This document shows positions 12,639 to 26,593 of a stretch of 64,000 nt of DNA, in pieces (the stretch's first letter is position 1; each line of letters starts with the position of its first letter). The notes beneath the pieces are model-generated. The model was not told the DNA's origin. It did not search any database and saw only the letters and a list, made by a program, of their open reading frames with translations. The DNA is taken from assembly GCA_951406725.2 (NCBI GenBank), contig OX597817.1:109182001-109246000 (forward strand), written 5' to 3'. Origin of the DNA: Octopus vulgaris (lineage: Eukaryota). The position numbers and the translations under genes are program-made.

Positions 12639-13351
12639 AAGTAATTTTACAAACAAAAGAATATGCCAAGAATACAGCGGGGATGTGGCTACAGTCTGTA
12701 CAGGCCAATTATGAAATGGGAGAATGATCAACTATGCTGGTCGCTTAGATTAAGAATATAGTTCTTGAAAGTTTGTAATATGATATATAAGGTCAATGAT
12801 CCGGTTGAGAATGAGTCTGCTAGACTAGATAGGTAGACTAGAGTGGGGTTTGGGAAATAATTTATTATAGTAGTCTTAGAGCAGTGGGATGTAAGGAGAG
12901 GTCAGGATAAAGGTAAAAAAGAAATGATAAATAATTCAAACGTAAGGGTAAAGGAAAAATAAAAAAATAAAGGCATACAAGCCAGTCAGGCATAGGATCG
13001 GGATAAAGGAATCTCTATATAATGCTAATGCTAAATGACCAGGGGAACAGGGAAAGGGACAGAGATACACAGAATTTAGGGGTATTCAGTGGGTATTGGT
13101 TGGAAGTAGAGAGAGGGTACGAAGGCAACCAAATGAGATATACCCATCCACAGCCAAGACTTGTATACGGGCCTACTAATACATAGAACCAATGAGTTTG
13201 TGCGTAGAATAAGATGGAAAGCATACCATTGGGAAATTAAGCATAGAAGAAAGGCTATTAACTACAGAACAAGTGACCTCGACAGCAAATTGAATAAGGT
13301 ATTCGCTAGCAGGAAAAACCACCGCTCAACCTACTGCTAATAATGATGATG

Positions 13352-13421
<70 letters not shown>

Positions 13422-13427
13422 TAATAA

Positions 13428-13480
13428 TTTTTGACAGAACAACGCTCAACACATGTCAATGAGCGTTGTTCTGTCAAAAA
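13428..13480. repeat. Perfect 21-bp inverted repeat with 11-nt loop
   Basis: TTTTTGACAGAACAACGCTCA (13428-13448) and TGAGCGTTGTTCTGTCAAAAA (13460-13480) are exact reverse complements. Confidence 0.95.
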
Positions 13481-13740
13481 GTAAATACGGTAAAAACCAA
13501 ACCATAACAAAACCAACCAAAGAACGATGGACTAAAACAGGTTAAATTGTTTTGTTTCAAGGCAACGTTGTCAGCGGCCACTGGTAGTAGTAAACACATT
13601 TGGCCTCTGCTGAACCGAAGAGGTGCGAAGATCTTTTTTGTCTCTATGGCTGACCTCTCCACCATCTGCCGAATCTATTTATAAACGTGTAGATTTTTGA
13701 TCTATTCACCAATCTGCTGTCCAACTATTCCACTACAATG
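13481..13740 (-). mobile_element. Decayed 3' end of an RLE-type non-LTR element
   Basis: Minus translation RSAIETKKIF resembles the terminal KSALLGTAKIL of R4/Dong elements. Its 3' side faces the hairpin and the (TAA)n tract. Confidence 0.35.
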
Positions 13741-14002
13741 GTAGTAGTGGTGATCGTGATAATGAAAAAAATAAAAATAATAACATGCTGTAGCTGCTGT
13801 AACTAAATACTACTAATACTACAATAATACTACAACTACTACTATTATGATAGCACAGGAGTCTGACGTCCAACTACAACCCTTATCACTACCCCACCCA
13901 TGCTAATGTTGCTCGTTGCTGCAACCACTGCTACAACTACACATAAAAACAATAATACCAGTGATATCAATGGTGATGATGATTATGATGATGATGATGA
14001 TG

Positions 14003-14068
<66 letters not shown>

Positions 14069-14103
14069 GTAGTAGTAGTAGAAATAATAATAATAAAGAA
14101 TAA

Positions 14104-14610
14104 TAAAATGCTCTGATGCAGTACCAGGCAGTGGCTCTCATGGCTTCTGATCTTAATTGACTGGAAGTGCTATGTACATTGTTTTGTCGTGGTATAAAGG
14201 ATGGGCTACAGCAAATATTCTGCTCAATACCACAGATTTGCTTGACCTTAACCAGGACCTTAGTGGCTGACAATATGTGCATCTCTGATCACAAGCAGAA
14301 GTAGTGAGGGATCATCACAGCCGTATGTTGAAAGGAATTCTTAGAGGTTTAGATGATTCACCTCTGGAAACATGGGTGTTTCGTTCAACATCCTTAAACA
14401 ACCCATCTTCAGGGACCTTTTGAGCGGGATGAGCTATTCAACCAGATGAAAATTCTAACTGGGCCCCACCTGCAAGGTCATGTGCTGTTTATCTTGATAT
14501 GAGATCATCATGTTGCACACATATGGTTGTGATGCATGTGCCTAGTGTACTCTTATCAGACGGGTAGTCATGGTGGGTATACTTTGATGGCATTCACTGT
14601 TCTCTCACTC
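14104..14610 (-). mobile_element. ~500-bp non-coding interspersed repeat inserted in (TAA)n
   Basis: Discrete GC-richer unit with (TAA)n directly on both sides and no ORF. It resembles a common octopus repeat (recognition only). Strand is tentative. Confidence 0.6.
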
Positions 14611-14678
<68 letters not shown>

Positions 14679-17600
14679 GGAAAGGAAACGGGTGTAGTCT
14701 CCGTATGGGCTAATAATGATACATCTAGTGATGGTGTCACAATGAAAACACTGGTGATTGCACAACCTGATAATAGCTACCTCACATGAGTGACAATGAA
14801 AAAACAAAATATATGTGAATAACGGTGGTAATGAAACTGAAGCCAATGATGGTGACAGTGTTTCACCCGGTAGGCTCAGAGATTCTGGTCCGGCTCCAGC
14901 CTGCAGATATCCACAAAGGGAGAACCATACACGGCGTAGATTGAGCAAACAAATTAATGCTGTGGTCATGGAGTGTTACTACCTGAGCAACCCGGTAGAT
15001 GAAAATGGTGCTCAAATTAGGGGTTACCGATAACGTGTGTATGATCATTAGAGAGAAAAGAGATTGTTTCAACTCACGGAACAGATACTATGTGATCAAG
15101 CTAAAGCAATAAGAAAAAATTGCTGGTTCACAGAAGTAGAGCTCGAAGCTATCAAAAGACGGGTCATGGACAATAGCAGCATAGATAAGAATGAAAATAC
15201 AGTTCTTACTAATAAGAGTAATCTCATAGCACAGGTAAGGAGCAGTGGTAGCTTACTTGACAAGAGACATATTGATGATCAAAAAGAAGACGATAAAACT
15301 AATAGCGACATGTCAGATGAACAAAAGGCAATCTACGACAGAATAAAGGTAATACAACAGGAGAACTATTGTGACATTATTTACAACCTTTAAAAGGTTA
15401 ATCGAGGGAAATTGAACCAAGAAACGAAAAATGTCAATGTAATTATGAAATACATCAGAACAAACAACATCACAGAAACAAATAATTTGATCAAGGCAGC
15501 AAATATTGCTGTAGCAGAAAATGTAGGTGTCGATGTCAAAAAAAACAAAACATAATGGTAATGACAAAACAAAATATCCATGGTGGAAAAGAAGAATCCA
15601 GGCAGGGTTAGACATACTCTCGAAGGAAATCTCTTTGATAGACCGAAAAGATAAAGTGGAGCTTAAAAGCGACCAAAAATACAGGGCGCTGAAAAGGAAG
15701 TATAATATTGAAAGAAAGGGCCTGAAAGTAGTAGTGGAGGAACTGAAACAGTGCCACGTTACAAAGAAAGCAAAGATGGTAAGATACAAACAAAGAATGA
15801 AGAATAGGTTATTCAGAGTAGATCAGAAAAGATTCTAAAAAGAAATAAATGGAGGATGTACAGATGAAAAGTTGATATCAGATAGCATTGAAAGTTAACA
15901 GTTTTGTAGTGACATCTGGAGCAAAGACAAGGAGAACAAGAAGGATGCTGAATGGTTGCAAGAACTGAAACAAACAGGAGTCAGTCCAAAACAGGCAGAA
16001 CTAGTCATTTCAGTTAGAGAAATGAAGGAATTCAGCAACAAAATGAGCAACTGGAAAGCCCCGGGATCAGATGGAGTTCAAGATTACTGGATCAAAAGAT
16101 TTGGTGAATGTCATGCACGAATAGCTGCGCAACTCAACACCTTGTTAAATGTCGACCTAGCTACACCAGAGTGGTTGACATTGGGTAGGAAAGTGCTGTG
16201 ACTGAAAAACATCGAAATAGGCAATACGGTAGACAATTACAGGTCGATGTCCTGCTTGCCACTTATTTGAATGTTACTGACTGGAATACTCACAGAGTCA
16301 ATGTACGAACATCTAGAAAATATGGAGTCCTGCCACATGAGCAGAAGGGTTGCAAGTGTAAGTGAAGAAGTACAAAGGATCAACTCCTAATAGATAAAAC
16401 TGTACTCAGAGACTGCAAGAGGTGGAAAAGTAACTTAACCATGTCATGGATCGACTATCATAAGGCGTACGATATGATCCCACATTCTTGGATTATGGAA
16501 TGTGTGAATCTGTTTGGGATTGCATCGAATGTTGAGCTATTGCATGGAAGAATTATGGCAAATTAGAGGACGGACATGACAGTATACGGAAGAAGTTTAT
16601 GGACAGTTAAAATTAGGAGGAGCATCTTCCAAGGGGACTGCCTGTCCCCATTGATCTTTGTACTGTGCTTGATAGCACTGAGACTGATTCTGAGGTGAGC
16701 AAAAGCTGGGTATGTATTCAAAAGACGCCAACAAAAAGTCAACTATTTGTTATTCATGGATGACAACAAACTTTATGGTAAAGATGAAGCCCAAGTCAGT
16801 TCCCTCGTTGATACGGTGTATACCTTCAGTGCTGATATCAGAATGGAGTTCAGACTGAGAAAATGTGGTGTGTTGGTATTGAAGAGAGGCAAAATCAAAT
16901 GTATGGACGGATTAACGATACCGTCAGGGGAGGTAATGAAGCAGTTAGAAGAGGCGGGCTATAAGTACTTGGGGATTTTGGAAATGGATGAATTGATGGA
17001 GATATGACAGAAAATTTTAAGGTAGCGTACTTGCGCAGACTGAGACTGATCCTGACGTCGAAATTAAACGGATGGAATAAGATCGAATCTACCAATACCT
17101 GAGCGGTTTCACTCTTTAGATATGGAGCAGGGGGGCAATCGCATGGACAGGAGCCGAACTAAACAGCTTAGACGGAAAGACAAGGAAGTCGCTAACTAGA
17201 TATGGATCACTCCACCCAAAAAGTGACACAGGTAGACTTATGTACCAAGAAAAAAAGGGAGAAGGACTTATTGGATGCGAACACAGCACTAGAGGAGAAG
17301 AAAAATAATATAGCGCGGTATGTAAAAAATGCCACAGTACCACTATTACTAGAAGTAAGAAGTTCAGGTTTGTGTAGGATGAAAGATTGTAAAGATAAAC
17401 ACTATGCAAGAAATTGAAAACGAATGAAACTGAAAATAGGTGGGCAAAGAAAAGAATGCATGATCAATTTGATAGGGATGCTGAAGATAAGACAGACAGA
17501 GAAAAACGATGGCTGTAGATGACCAAAAGTGATTTAAAACCGGAAACGAAGGCTCTAATCTGTGCTGCCTAAGAGCAAACACTAAGAACAAACTTTGTAA

Positions 17601-18210
17601 AATACAGGATAGACAGTACATCAGAAAGTGATAAGTGCAATATCTGTGGACAGAAAAGTGAAACCGTATGGCATATTACCAGCTGATGGACGCGACTATC
17701 CCAGAAGGAATATAAGAGACGCCACGACAATATATCCAGGCTTGTCCATTGGAAACTTTGCAACAAGTATTGACTTGACAGGGCAACAGATTGGTACGGC
17801 CACAAACCTGAAGACATTGTCAAAAATAGAAATGCAAAGATACTATGAGATTTTATGATTCAGTGCGACCATGAGATAGAGAATAGGAAGTCGGACGGTC
17901 TTATTTGAGAAAGAAAATAAAATATGCTGGATCATAGATATAGCATGCTTAGCTGACAACAAGGTATGCGATAAGGAAGAAAAAAAAGCCGAGAGAGATG
18001 ACAGTTTAGCTTGGGAAGTTAAGCAGTTGTGGTAGATGAAGAAGGTAGCAGTAGTACCAATAAATATCAGAGCTCTGAGAACAGTGAGCAAAAATCTGGA
18101 GAAGTACGTGGAACAAATAGGGGCTGCAATAATGGTGGAACACTTACAGAAAATAGCACTGCTTGGAACCGCTCGACCTCCGGATTCGTAGGTGAGTGTT
18201 TTGGGTTGTA
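14679..18210 (+). mobile_element. Near full-length R4/Dong-clade non-LTR retrotransposon (RT + CCHC + RLE), pseudogenised
   Basis: Colinear motifs across frameshifts: VMECYY...RGYR, TEQILCDQAKAIRKN, YPWWKRRI, NWKAPGSDGVQDYWIK (~16049), IFQGDCLSPL (~16624), LFMDDNKLY (~16750), YKYLGI, CNICG...HI zinc knuckle (~17636), RRHDN, IIDIA, KIALLGTA (~18160). Begins immediately after (TAA)n, the known Dong target. Confidence 0.92.
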
Positions 18211-18412
18211 GGTGAGTGATCAAGAAAGGTACTGACAAAGTTTATTACCAAATGCGTGGAGAACCAACAATTTATGAGACACAGATATTGTGTTGACTCA
18301 ACTGCCGATATTCGCAGGAAGATTTTCTCAATATAATATGTATACGTGTTTATGTCGCTGGTTGAGACCCGGTCAGAAGACGAAATTAAATACAATTCAA
18401 GCGGAAAATGCT
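18211..18412 (+). mobile_element. Short 3' end of a second RLE element ending in (TAA)n
   Basis: GATCAAGAAAGG...GTTGAGACCCGGTC...GAAAT is shared with 18595-18780 and is followed by (TAA)n. Confidence 0.65.
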
Positions 18413-18496
<84 letters not shown>

Positions 18497-18497
<1 letters not shown>

Positions 18498-18780
18498 TGA
18501 AAAAAACTGTCGAAATATAAGGATCTTGAGATTGAGATCTCTAAGACGTGACAATTAAAAGCCAAAACCACCCCTGTTGCTGTAGGTGGCATGGGAATGA
18601 TCAAGAAAGGATGCTGACAAAGTTTGTGACCAGATCCCTAGGAAACCCACTATCTATGAGACTGAAAAATTATGTTGACATCAACCGCCCACATTTCTCT
18701 ACATCTAATATATATGTGCCTTAGAATTCTAGTTGAGACCCGGTCGGAAGATGAAATAAAATGCAAATCAATCAGAAAAT
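18497..18780 (+). mobile_element. 3' end of a third RLE element ending in (TAA)n
   Basis: Encodes EKLSKYKDLEIEISKT...PVAVGGMGMIKKG, an RLE C-terminal motif. Bounded by (TAA)n on both sides. Confidence 0.75.
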
Positions 18781-21235
18781 AATAATAATAATAATAATAC
18801 TGATGATGATGATGATGATGATCTTTTTTTTTTTCCTCATTCATATAACACACATCTCAAAATTCATTTATCCTCTCAAACAATTCAAAAATTGAAATTT
18901 TCTAACACTAGTTAATTCAATCGCTGTTATTTTTTTCTAATTTCGGATCTACTGCGCGTTATTGATTAATAATCGATCAAAGAATATAATGTTTTTCGTT
19001 CTATTCGCCATATTCCAGAGTAGCTTATATAACAAGGAGTTATACTTTACTATAGATATTTTGTAAAAAATCAAGCTAAAACATCTTAAATGGGGAAGTT
19101 AACTTTCGATTTTGAGGTCTATGTAGCGCTGTCGTAGATTTTGGTTCTAGACCCTTTCTAAATGCCTCACCACTGGTTTACCGGATATATTTGAGTACGG
19201 ACAATACACAGTTCACGCCTGAATTATTAGCATTAATAAAATTTGTTATTGCATTTTTATTAATGCCTTGCAAGTTTAGGATAGTGACACCTATGATGCC
19301 AAAACATATTCTTATAGAATAAAAACATGTTGAATAATTGATTGGAATTTTGCCAAGAAAAGACAAATATCTGGCTATGAATCATTAAAAGAATCAACGC
19401 CGGAAAATAGCATTACTTTTTTTGTTTCTTTTTCCATCACTTACATTTTAGACGACTGGCATATATTGGTTTATATGAAAATATATTTTGAAATGATGTT
19501 ACAAAAATATAAAAGATGCAATATCACCAGAAATATCATAACAGGTTCCAAAATTTATAGCTATCGAAAGTTTCGACCAAGAAGAAAATCAATATCAGAA
19601 ATGCATTGTTATAAATATATCTTAATAACTTTGTTGGTGGTCTTCCATTTGGTGAAATATCAAAGAAATATTGGTTACCGTTGGTATATTCTTGATGCAT
19701 CGTTATATATTATCAAAGATAGAATAATGACTCTTAATAAATTGAGTGTCCATTGAAAGACTTATTCGGTAAAAGTACATCTGAAATTTTCTATAATTGC
19801 ATTGTACGTGACCACTACTAATGAAAACATATATTTCTTTATTGTGATAAATCTAGCCAGAAATGTTCACTAGTTACGAGTTTGTTTGTTTCGATTTGTT
19901 TGGGTTTGGTTTAGTATATTTATTGAAAGATTTCGTTTATTAAAATTTTGACTTTCTGAATTACTGAGTCAAAATATAGACTGATATTGTGAGATGTTTC
20001 AATTGATATATGTCAATCTAGAAATCTAGAAACACCTATTGTTTCTTGATTCACATAATTAAACAAATACAGTCTAACATATTTACCGCATAGTCGGAAA
20101 TGTTTATTTTGGAATTCTTTAAAAATGAAATAAATAAATGTAGAAAACTGAATATTTGTAAATATTGAAAGAATTTATAATTACAGCCTTGCTAAACAAG
20201 ATATAAGTGTATGTGTTAAAGACAGGCAACGACAGTCATTATAACATTAGCTATTTATTTGAATATAAAACACTAGTTGAATATAAAACACTTGTTGGAA
20301 ATGAGATTGTTAGCAATGTCAGTTTTTTTTACATATATAAGTAACAGTTAATTTTTTGTTCCATTATAACACTTGCGCTAGCCTTTCACCAGATCTAATG
20401 ACGCAGTGGAATCATAACAGTCATACCGTAATGGTTTCCTAATATCAAATTAAATAGAAGCACATTTGAAAAATAATTCTTGTGAAATTTAATACTATGC
20501 TAAATTGAATTATAATTAAGTCGATTCTAAAAGTAGACTCATACTTAACACCAGTAAAAAAATAAATAACAACATTGAAGTACATAATTCAGTTAGATCA
20601 ATTTTATTGTGATTGCATAAACGTAACTGGTACCATAGCAAAACAAATTATAGAAATAACTAAATTAGAATATTAGAAATAAATATATAATATACTTTTA
20701 TAAATATTTTATATGTTAGTCAATATGTTACATGCAGTGTAGGATATTCGTGGGAATGCGTCATCGGCAACTTCCCAAATATGTGATCATTTCCCCATGA
20801 TGAATTTAATATTCTTCACGGGATAACGACGCTTTTATATACTTGCATTTCGAGCCCAGGTATTCTGTTAATAATATTGCTTTTTTGGGAAATATTGATT
20901 AGTAATAGAGTTTTGTTGGAGTGACAGGCTTTTGCGCTGTAAACAGTTTGAAAAACTACAAAAGACTAAAAGACCAATATTTTATTGCTTCCATCTTCTG
21001 TTATTACAAATTATACATGTCAAATAGCATTTTAACTGCTGCGGTGCTGCATTGCGTCTGAAAACTTCCAATTTGTTGATTTCCTGGCAATAGAAGGTAA
21101 AAATAAACATATCAAGGAATCTCTGAGAAATAAACAGTTGAATTTCCATTTGTTGATTTTTATTGCCAATTCTACTTTTTGAGTATTTTTTAAAAGTCAA
21201 TACACACATACACATAATACATACATACATGCATA

Positions 21236-21301
<66 letters not shown>

Positions 21302-21305
21302 TAGT

Positions 21306-21391
<86 letters not shown>

Positions 21392-21855
21392 TTCAAACTA
21401 AACCTTGCATTAAATATTAAGGTTTATTCGCGTGTACGGTCGTCTATGAATGCTTATAGTGTTGCGTGTATATGCATCTGTTGAAAATGGAAATAAAAAT
21501 TTATGATGGATACCACGTGTAAATTTTTTCACTTTACTTTAAGCGTTATAAAGCTAAGCTTGAGAAAGTGAATTTAGAATGTGTAAGAAGAAAAAATCGA
21601 TGTTTCAGTGTGCATGTATATATTCGTTTATACACACAGGTAATATAAGCATATAGGACATATTAAAAATCACACAAACTCAAACACATACATAAACACA
21701 AGTACGAACGAGAAAAAGAAGCTGAAGTGAAAGTTTTTTCCAATATTTGTAACTGAAAGCTTTATTAAATATAAAACGGGGTAATCTACCTAAACTATAA
21801 ACCCAGGAAAATACTAGAAAAAAAACATAATGATGATGTATACATACACAACTAA

Positions 21856-21915
<60 letters not shown>

Positions 21916-22016
21916 ATAAACTTACTTGGTTTTCAATCACATAATAATATAAATAATATATATATAGGCATATATACAGACCTATATGTACATGCTGACA
22001 CATATATTTATACATA

Positions 22017-22824
22017 TGCATATATTGGTACAGGTCGTCACAATATGTAAACAACATGAAATACGAAAACATGAAATCCGAAATACAAGAAGCAACATGA
22101 AATACGAAGACAAATCCTTTAGCGAACAACGAGATAACGAAATAGAAAACAAGACAAGTAACATAAAGAACGACCTTTCATCAGTTATCGGCTGTTTATC
22201 TACTCCACATTTCGAGCAATTCACGACATTATGTGCCTTCGAGAAAACAGTTGCTCCCGCAAACCAAAACAAATTTGGGATTTTGCGGAGGGTCAAGTTT
22301 GGTAACAAAAATAGGTCGGTGAAGCAAATAGTGAGGGCTGCTAAGCCAGACGGGGTAAGGTAACGAACGCCGAGGAACATTCTTTGAGGAACATACTTTT
22401 CTTCCAGTCTGTTGGACAGACCAGACGTATTTTTGTCTGTCTCCTCTCCTATCATTTCTCCTGTCAAGGAATGTACTTAAGCGTTCGCCACCTTACTCCA
22501 TCTGGCTTAACAGCCCTCACTGTTTGTTTCACTGTTCTGGTTTTGTTATCAACCTTGACCCCACCTCCCGCAAAATCCCTTTTTTTTTTGGTTTGCGAGA
22601 GCAACTGTTTTCTGGAAGGCACATGTTGTCGCGAATTGCTCGAAATATGGAGTAGATGAACAGCCGACAACTGATGAAGGGTCATTCTTTATGCTACTTG
22701 TCTTGTTTTCCATTTGTTTCTCTCGTTGTTCGCAAAAAAAGTTTGTCTTTGTATTTCATGTTGTTTTTCGTATTTCGAATTTCATGTTGTTTACGTTTTG
22801 TGAGCCCTGTACCCATATATGCAT
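22017..22824. repeat. Long diverged inverted repeat (~365-bp arms, ~76-bp spacer)
   Basis: 22017-22387 is the reverse complement of 22464-22824 with moderate divergence; the paired ORFs share GVRxLTPSGLxALTxCFT. TA-rich microsatellites lie on both flanks. Confidence 0.9.
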
Positions 22825-22959
22825 ATATATATATATATACAGGATTAATCAGCCGAAATTTGCTAGGATGATCCGGTTCCTGACTGAAGATTAGAGGCTT
22901 CGAATGACCCGTCCTTTTTTTGTGTCGTCTCTTTGTGTATCTTGTCCCATTTTGTATTT

Positions 22960-22998
22960 TTATATATAATTTATATATATATATGTATATATATATAG

Positions 22999-23030
<32 letters not shown>

Positions 23031-23087
23031 ATATATATATATGAATGTATATATATATATATGAATGTATATATATATATACATATG

Positions 23088-23127
<40 letters not shown>

Positions 23128-23420
23128 CATATGTATATATATATATATATATATATACATATGTATATACATATACATGCATATATATGTACATGTATAT
23201 ATATCCATATTAATGTACATATACATGTATATATACATGTATATATATACATATGTATGTACATATATGTATATATATGTATATATGTATATATATGTAT
23301 ATATATATGTATATATATCCATATTAATGTACATATACATGTATATATACATGTATATATATACATATGTATGTACATATATGTATGTATATATGCCTAT
23401 ATATGTATATATGTATATAC
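22960..23420. repeat. Complex (TA)n/(TACA)n microsatellite with an internal ~110-bp duplication
   Basis: TATCCATATTAATGTACATATACATG occurs twice (~23203 and ~23316) within the TA-rich tract. Confidence 0.9.
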
Positions 23421-24049
23421 ATAGAGGGAGAGACAGACAGACAGACAGACAGACATACGGAGACAGATAGGCAGAGACTGAGAGTATGTACATATATGTT
23501 TATTTATATCCATACATATGTAAGTGTAAATTTATGAAATTATGCATTGTTATAAATTATAACACACTCACATGCACGTGTATGTATTTATGAACATCTA
23601 TAACAAATATGTAAAGAAATGTGTGATTATGTGTTATGCTTTCCAAATGTTATGCTCTTTTTCTTTCCTACGCAATAATTTTTATTAGTTTCTTTAGACA
23701 TAAGGACATTTTGACAGAATTACTCGGATAGAAGATATTAAAGTTTCTTTAGTCGATACCTTTCTTGAGAATTTTAACAATGGAATGAATGACGTGATTT
23801 CACCTGGGAATATAACATATGTTTAAGAACAAGAACGATCTTGTTACATGTGTTACTGATGACTGAATCGTTAATTGAAATATTAACGATAATTATGTCA
23901 TCGAATTCTAAGAGTGGATGCCCACATTCACTGAGAACAGTGATGTCTTACGATATTGTGATGCATATATTCTCGTCAAAAGTATTGGACGTTAAGGCTT
24001 TAAAAGATATTTAAAGTTTTCACAATTTTAATATCATATTTCGTTGAAG

Positions 24050-24258
24050 GGGTGAGCTCACAGAATCGTTAGCAGGCTGGACAAACTACTTAGGGGCATT
24101 CCGTTCGTCTTTACGTTATGAGTTAAAAATTTTCCGAGGTTAACTTTACCTTTCATCCTTTCAGGGGCGATAAAATATGTACCAGTTGAAAGCTGGAATC
24201 GATGTAATAGACTTACGGCCAAAGTTGCTGGCCTTGTGCCAAAATTTGGAACTAATAT
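24050..24258 (+). mobile_element. SINE family A copy
   Basis: GGTGAGCT..CAGAATCGTTAGC head, CCTTTCATCCTTTC..GGG.CGATAAAAT..GTACCAG core and GGCCTTGTGCCAAAATTTG tail. Confidence 0.8.
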
Positions 24259-25624
24259 TATACCTGGTTCCAGTATTTGAAGCCAGTATTATACTCACCT
24301 GTTATGTTTCTCCTTTCTTTTATCTCCTTGTAACAACCGACTTCTTAATCGCATTTAAAGTACTAATGTTTATCATATTGTTCAGAAATATAATATACCC
24401 TAAAATAGATTACTCAAACTAGCCACCCTCAGCATGAATTTTTACTTATATCTGTGTATATACATAGATTTATGCATTCATGCATCCACCCGTATGTGCG
24501 TGCGTACGTGCGTATGAGTTTCTGCGTGTGTAATTTATTTATATGTATATATGAGCATATATATGTATACGCAAATTTATACGCACACACACATATGTAT
24601 ATATGTATTATGTATGTAGATAGGCAGGTATATAATTGTGTGGGAAATTCTACCTATGATCTCATGCAACAGCCCTCAACTTTTGCGTGAGAGTGTCTTG
24701 GGTACCTTCAGCTAATTATCAAATCTACTGAGATGAATTCCAACTAGATCCAGTCAGAGAGAACTGGAAGTGGATTTCGTAAGGCATAATTTAGCCTTCA
24801 GTCAACTGGCATCTCAGACTGCACTGGTTACAACATCAAGATGTATTATTAGATTATATTACACATTGGTTCCAAGTTAATGCCCGTTCTCCCTGATGTC
24901 CCATAACGATTATTTTTAATAAGAAACGATATTCCATAATGATTATTTTTAATAAGAAAAAAAAAAACATGTAGCTCTAACAGGCCACACGTCAATAAGA
25001 TTATCTGTTCATATATAACATTATGTAATACTTTGCAATATTATTAATATAAATAATGTTATTGAAGCATTAATGATATTGCATTAATTAACATCCACAG
25101 TTGTGAAGCAGTTGTGTATGGTGTTAATGTGTGTGTATGTGTGTGTATACACACATATATGGGTAGATATATATAAAAGAATATACACATGTTGCTATAT
25201 TTCGAGATGGTATTTTTGTTTTATTGCCAAAAAGCACATGCACTGTATATTCGTTCTTCATTCGTTTAACGCTACTCTTATTTTATCTTATATGCATTGT
25301 CTGGAAAATCTTTCGTCACACATGTGTCCCCTTCAGCGACTCTTCCAGCCTACGTATATCCTCCTGTTGTGTGTGCGTGCATGCATGTATTTGTGCACGT
25401 GTCTGTGTTTTGGGTGTGTTTTATGCGTGTGTATATGAGATTGCTTACTATAATATTTGTATCGGATAGAAATAATATAAGCAAACCCATACACACATGC
25501 ACAAAACACATAGACACGGGTACACACACACACACAGAGAAACAGATGCAAATGCATGTACAGATGAGGATATACGTCATAGAAATACAGATTAGACTAA
25601 ACAGAACAAGAGGATATGCTTGAG

Positions 25625-25848
25625 AGGATACACTGTGTATGTTTTTTTTTTCCGCTGGCGTCTATGCAGCATATAAGTTATATAATATATTACCTATTTC
25701 TTTCAAACACCAGAGTAACGTGGGACATACGAAGAGAAAGCTTCGTATTATTCAGGAGTTTAGAAATAAGTGCTAATCAAAAGAATGAAAATATGCATGG
25801 ACATTCAGGACTAACTTGTGGAAATTCTTTGGAAGGGCAAAGGGTAAA
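25625..25848. mobile_element. Degenerate copy of the piggyBac-type MITE at 42409
   Basis: Shares CTGGCGTCTATGCA, TTTCAA.CAC..GAGTAAC and TCAGGA, and ends in AAAGGGTAAA. Confidence 0.6.
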
Positions 25849-26029
25849 TATCTCACTCGGCCGTATTCGAACTTATGCACACACTATCCATTCACATATA
25901 CACTCATACACGCACATGCATACGTGCATACGCTACTTCAAATGTGTGTGTCGCTTTAACATAGACCACTTTATCTTAATACATGTATTTGAGCATGTAT
26001 CTGTCTGCATATAGATATGCATGTTTAAA

Positions 26030-26088
<59 letters not shown>

Positions 26089-26398
26089 ATATATATATGT
26101 AAAGATGTATGATTCACTGTCACTTCAAAGAGTTTGCGCCAAGCGCGATCTTTCGGGGAATATTTCTGATATGTGCAGGTGCCAAGTTAACCTGACTGTG
26201 CCTGCTCCCACTCTTGAATATCAGCTAAGTTTAGAAATTGCGATTAGGTGAAAAATTTAATGGCAGTCAATTGGTTCAGTCGCTTAGGTCCTCAGTTTCG
26301 TGAGAGTCTAACACTTCTTTCGCTCATACTTGGAATTTTGAACATCTTTTGGCATCTTATCCATCTTATTCATATTATCCAAACGCACTGACATAAAC

Positions 26399-26433
<35 letters not shown>

Positions 26434-26469
26434 GCACAGAGATATACATGCATATATATACACACACGC

Positions 26470-26515
<46 letters not shown>

Positions 26516-26546
26516 ACATATATGTGTATATATATATATATATATA

Positions 26547-26593
<47 letters not shown>

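Noticed and set aside
19178-19400. Minus-strand ORF ending at a GT, with ILNLQG resembling the hAT LNLKLQG motif
   Set aside because: A single weak motif is not enough to call an exon or a transposase.
22634-22690. GAAA...CTGATGA as a permuted (type II) hammerhead in the inverted-repeat arms
   Set aside because: No GAAA follows the core, and in the permuted reading stems I and III do not pair convincingly in either arm.
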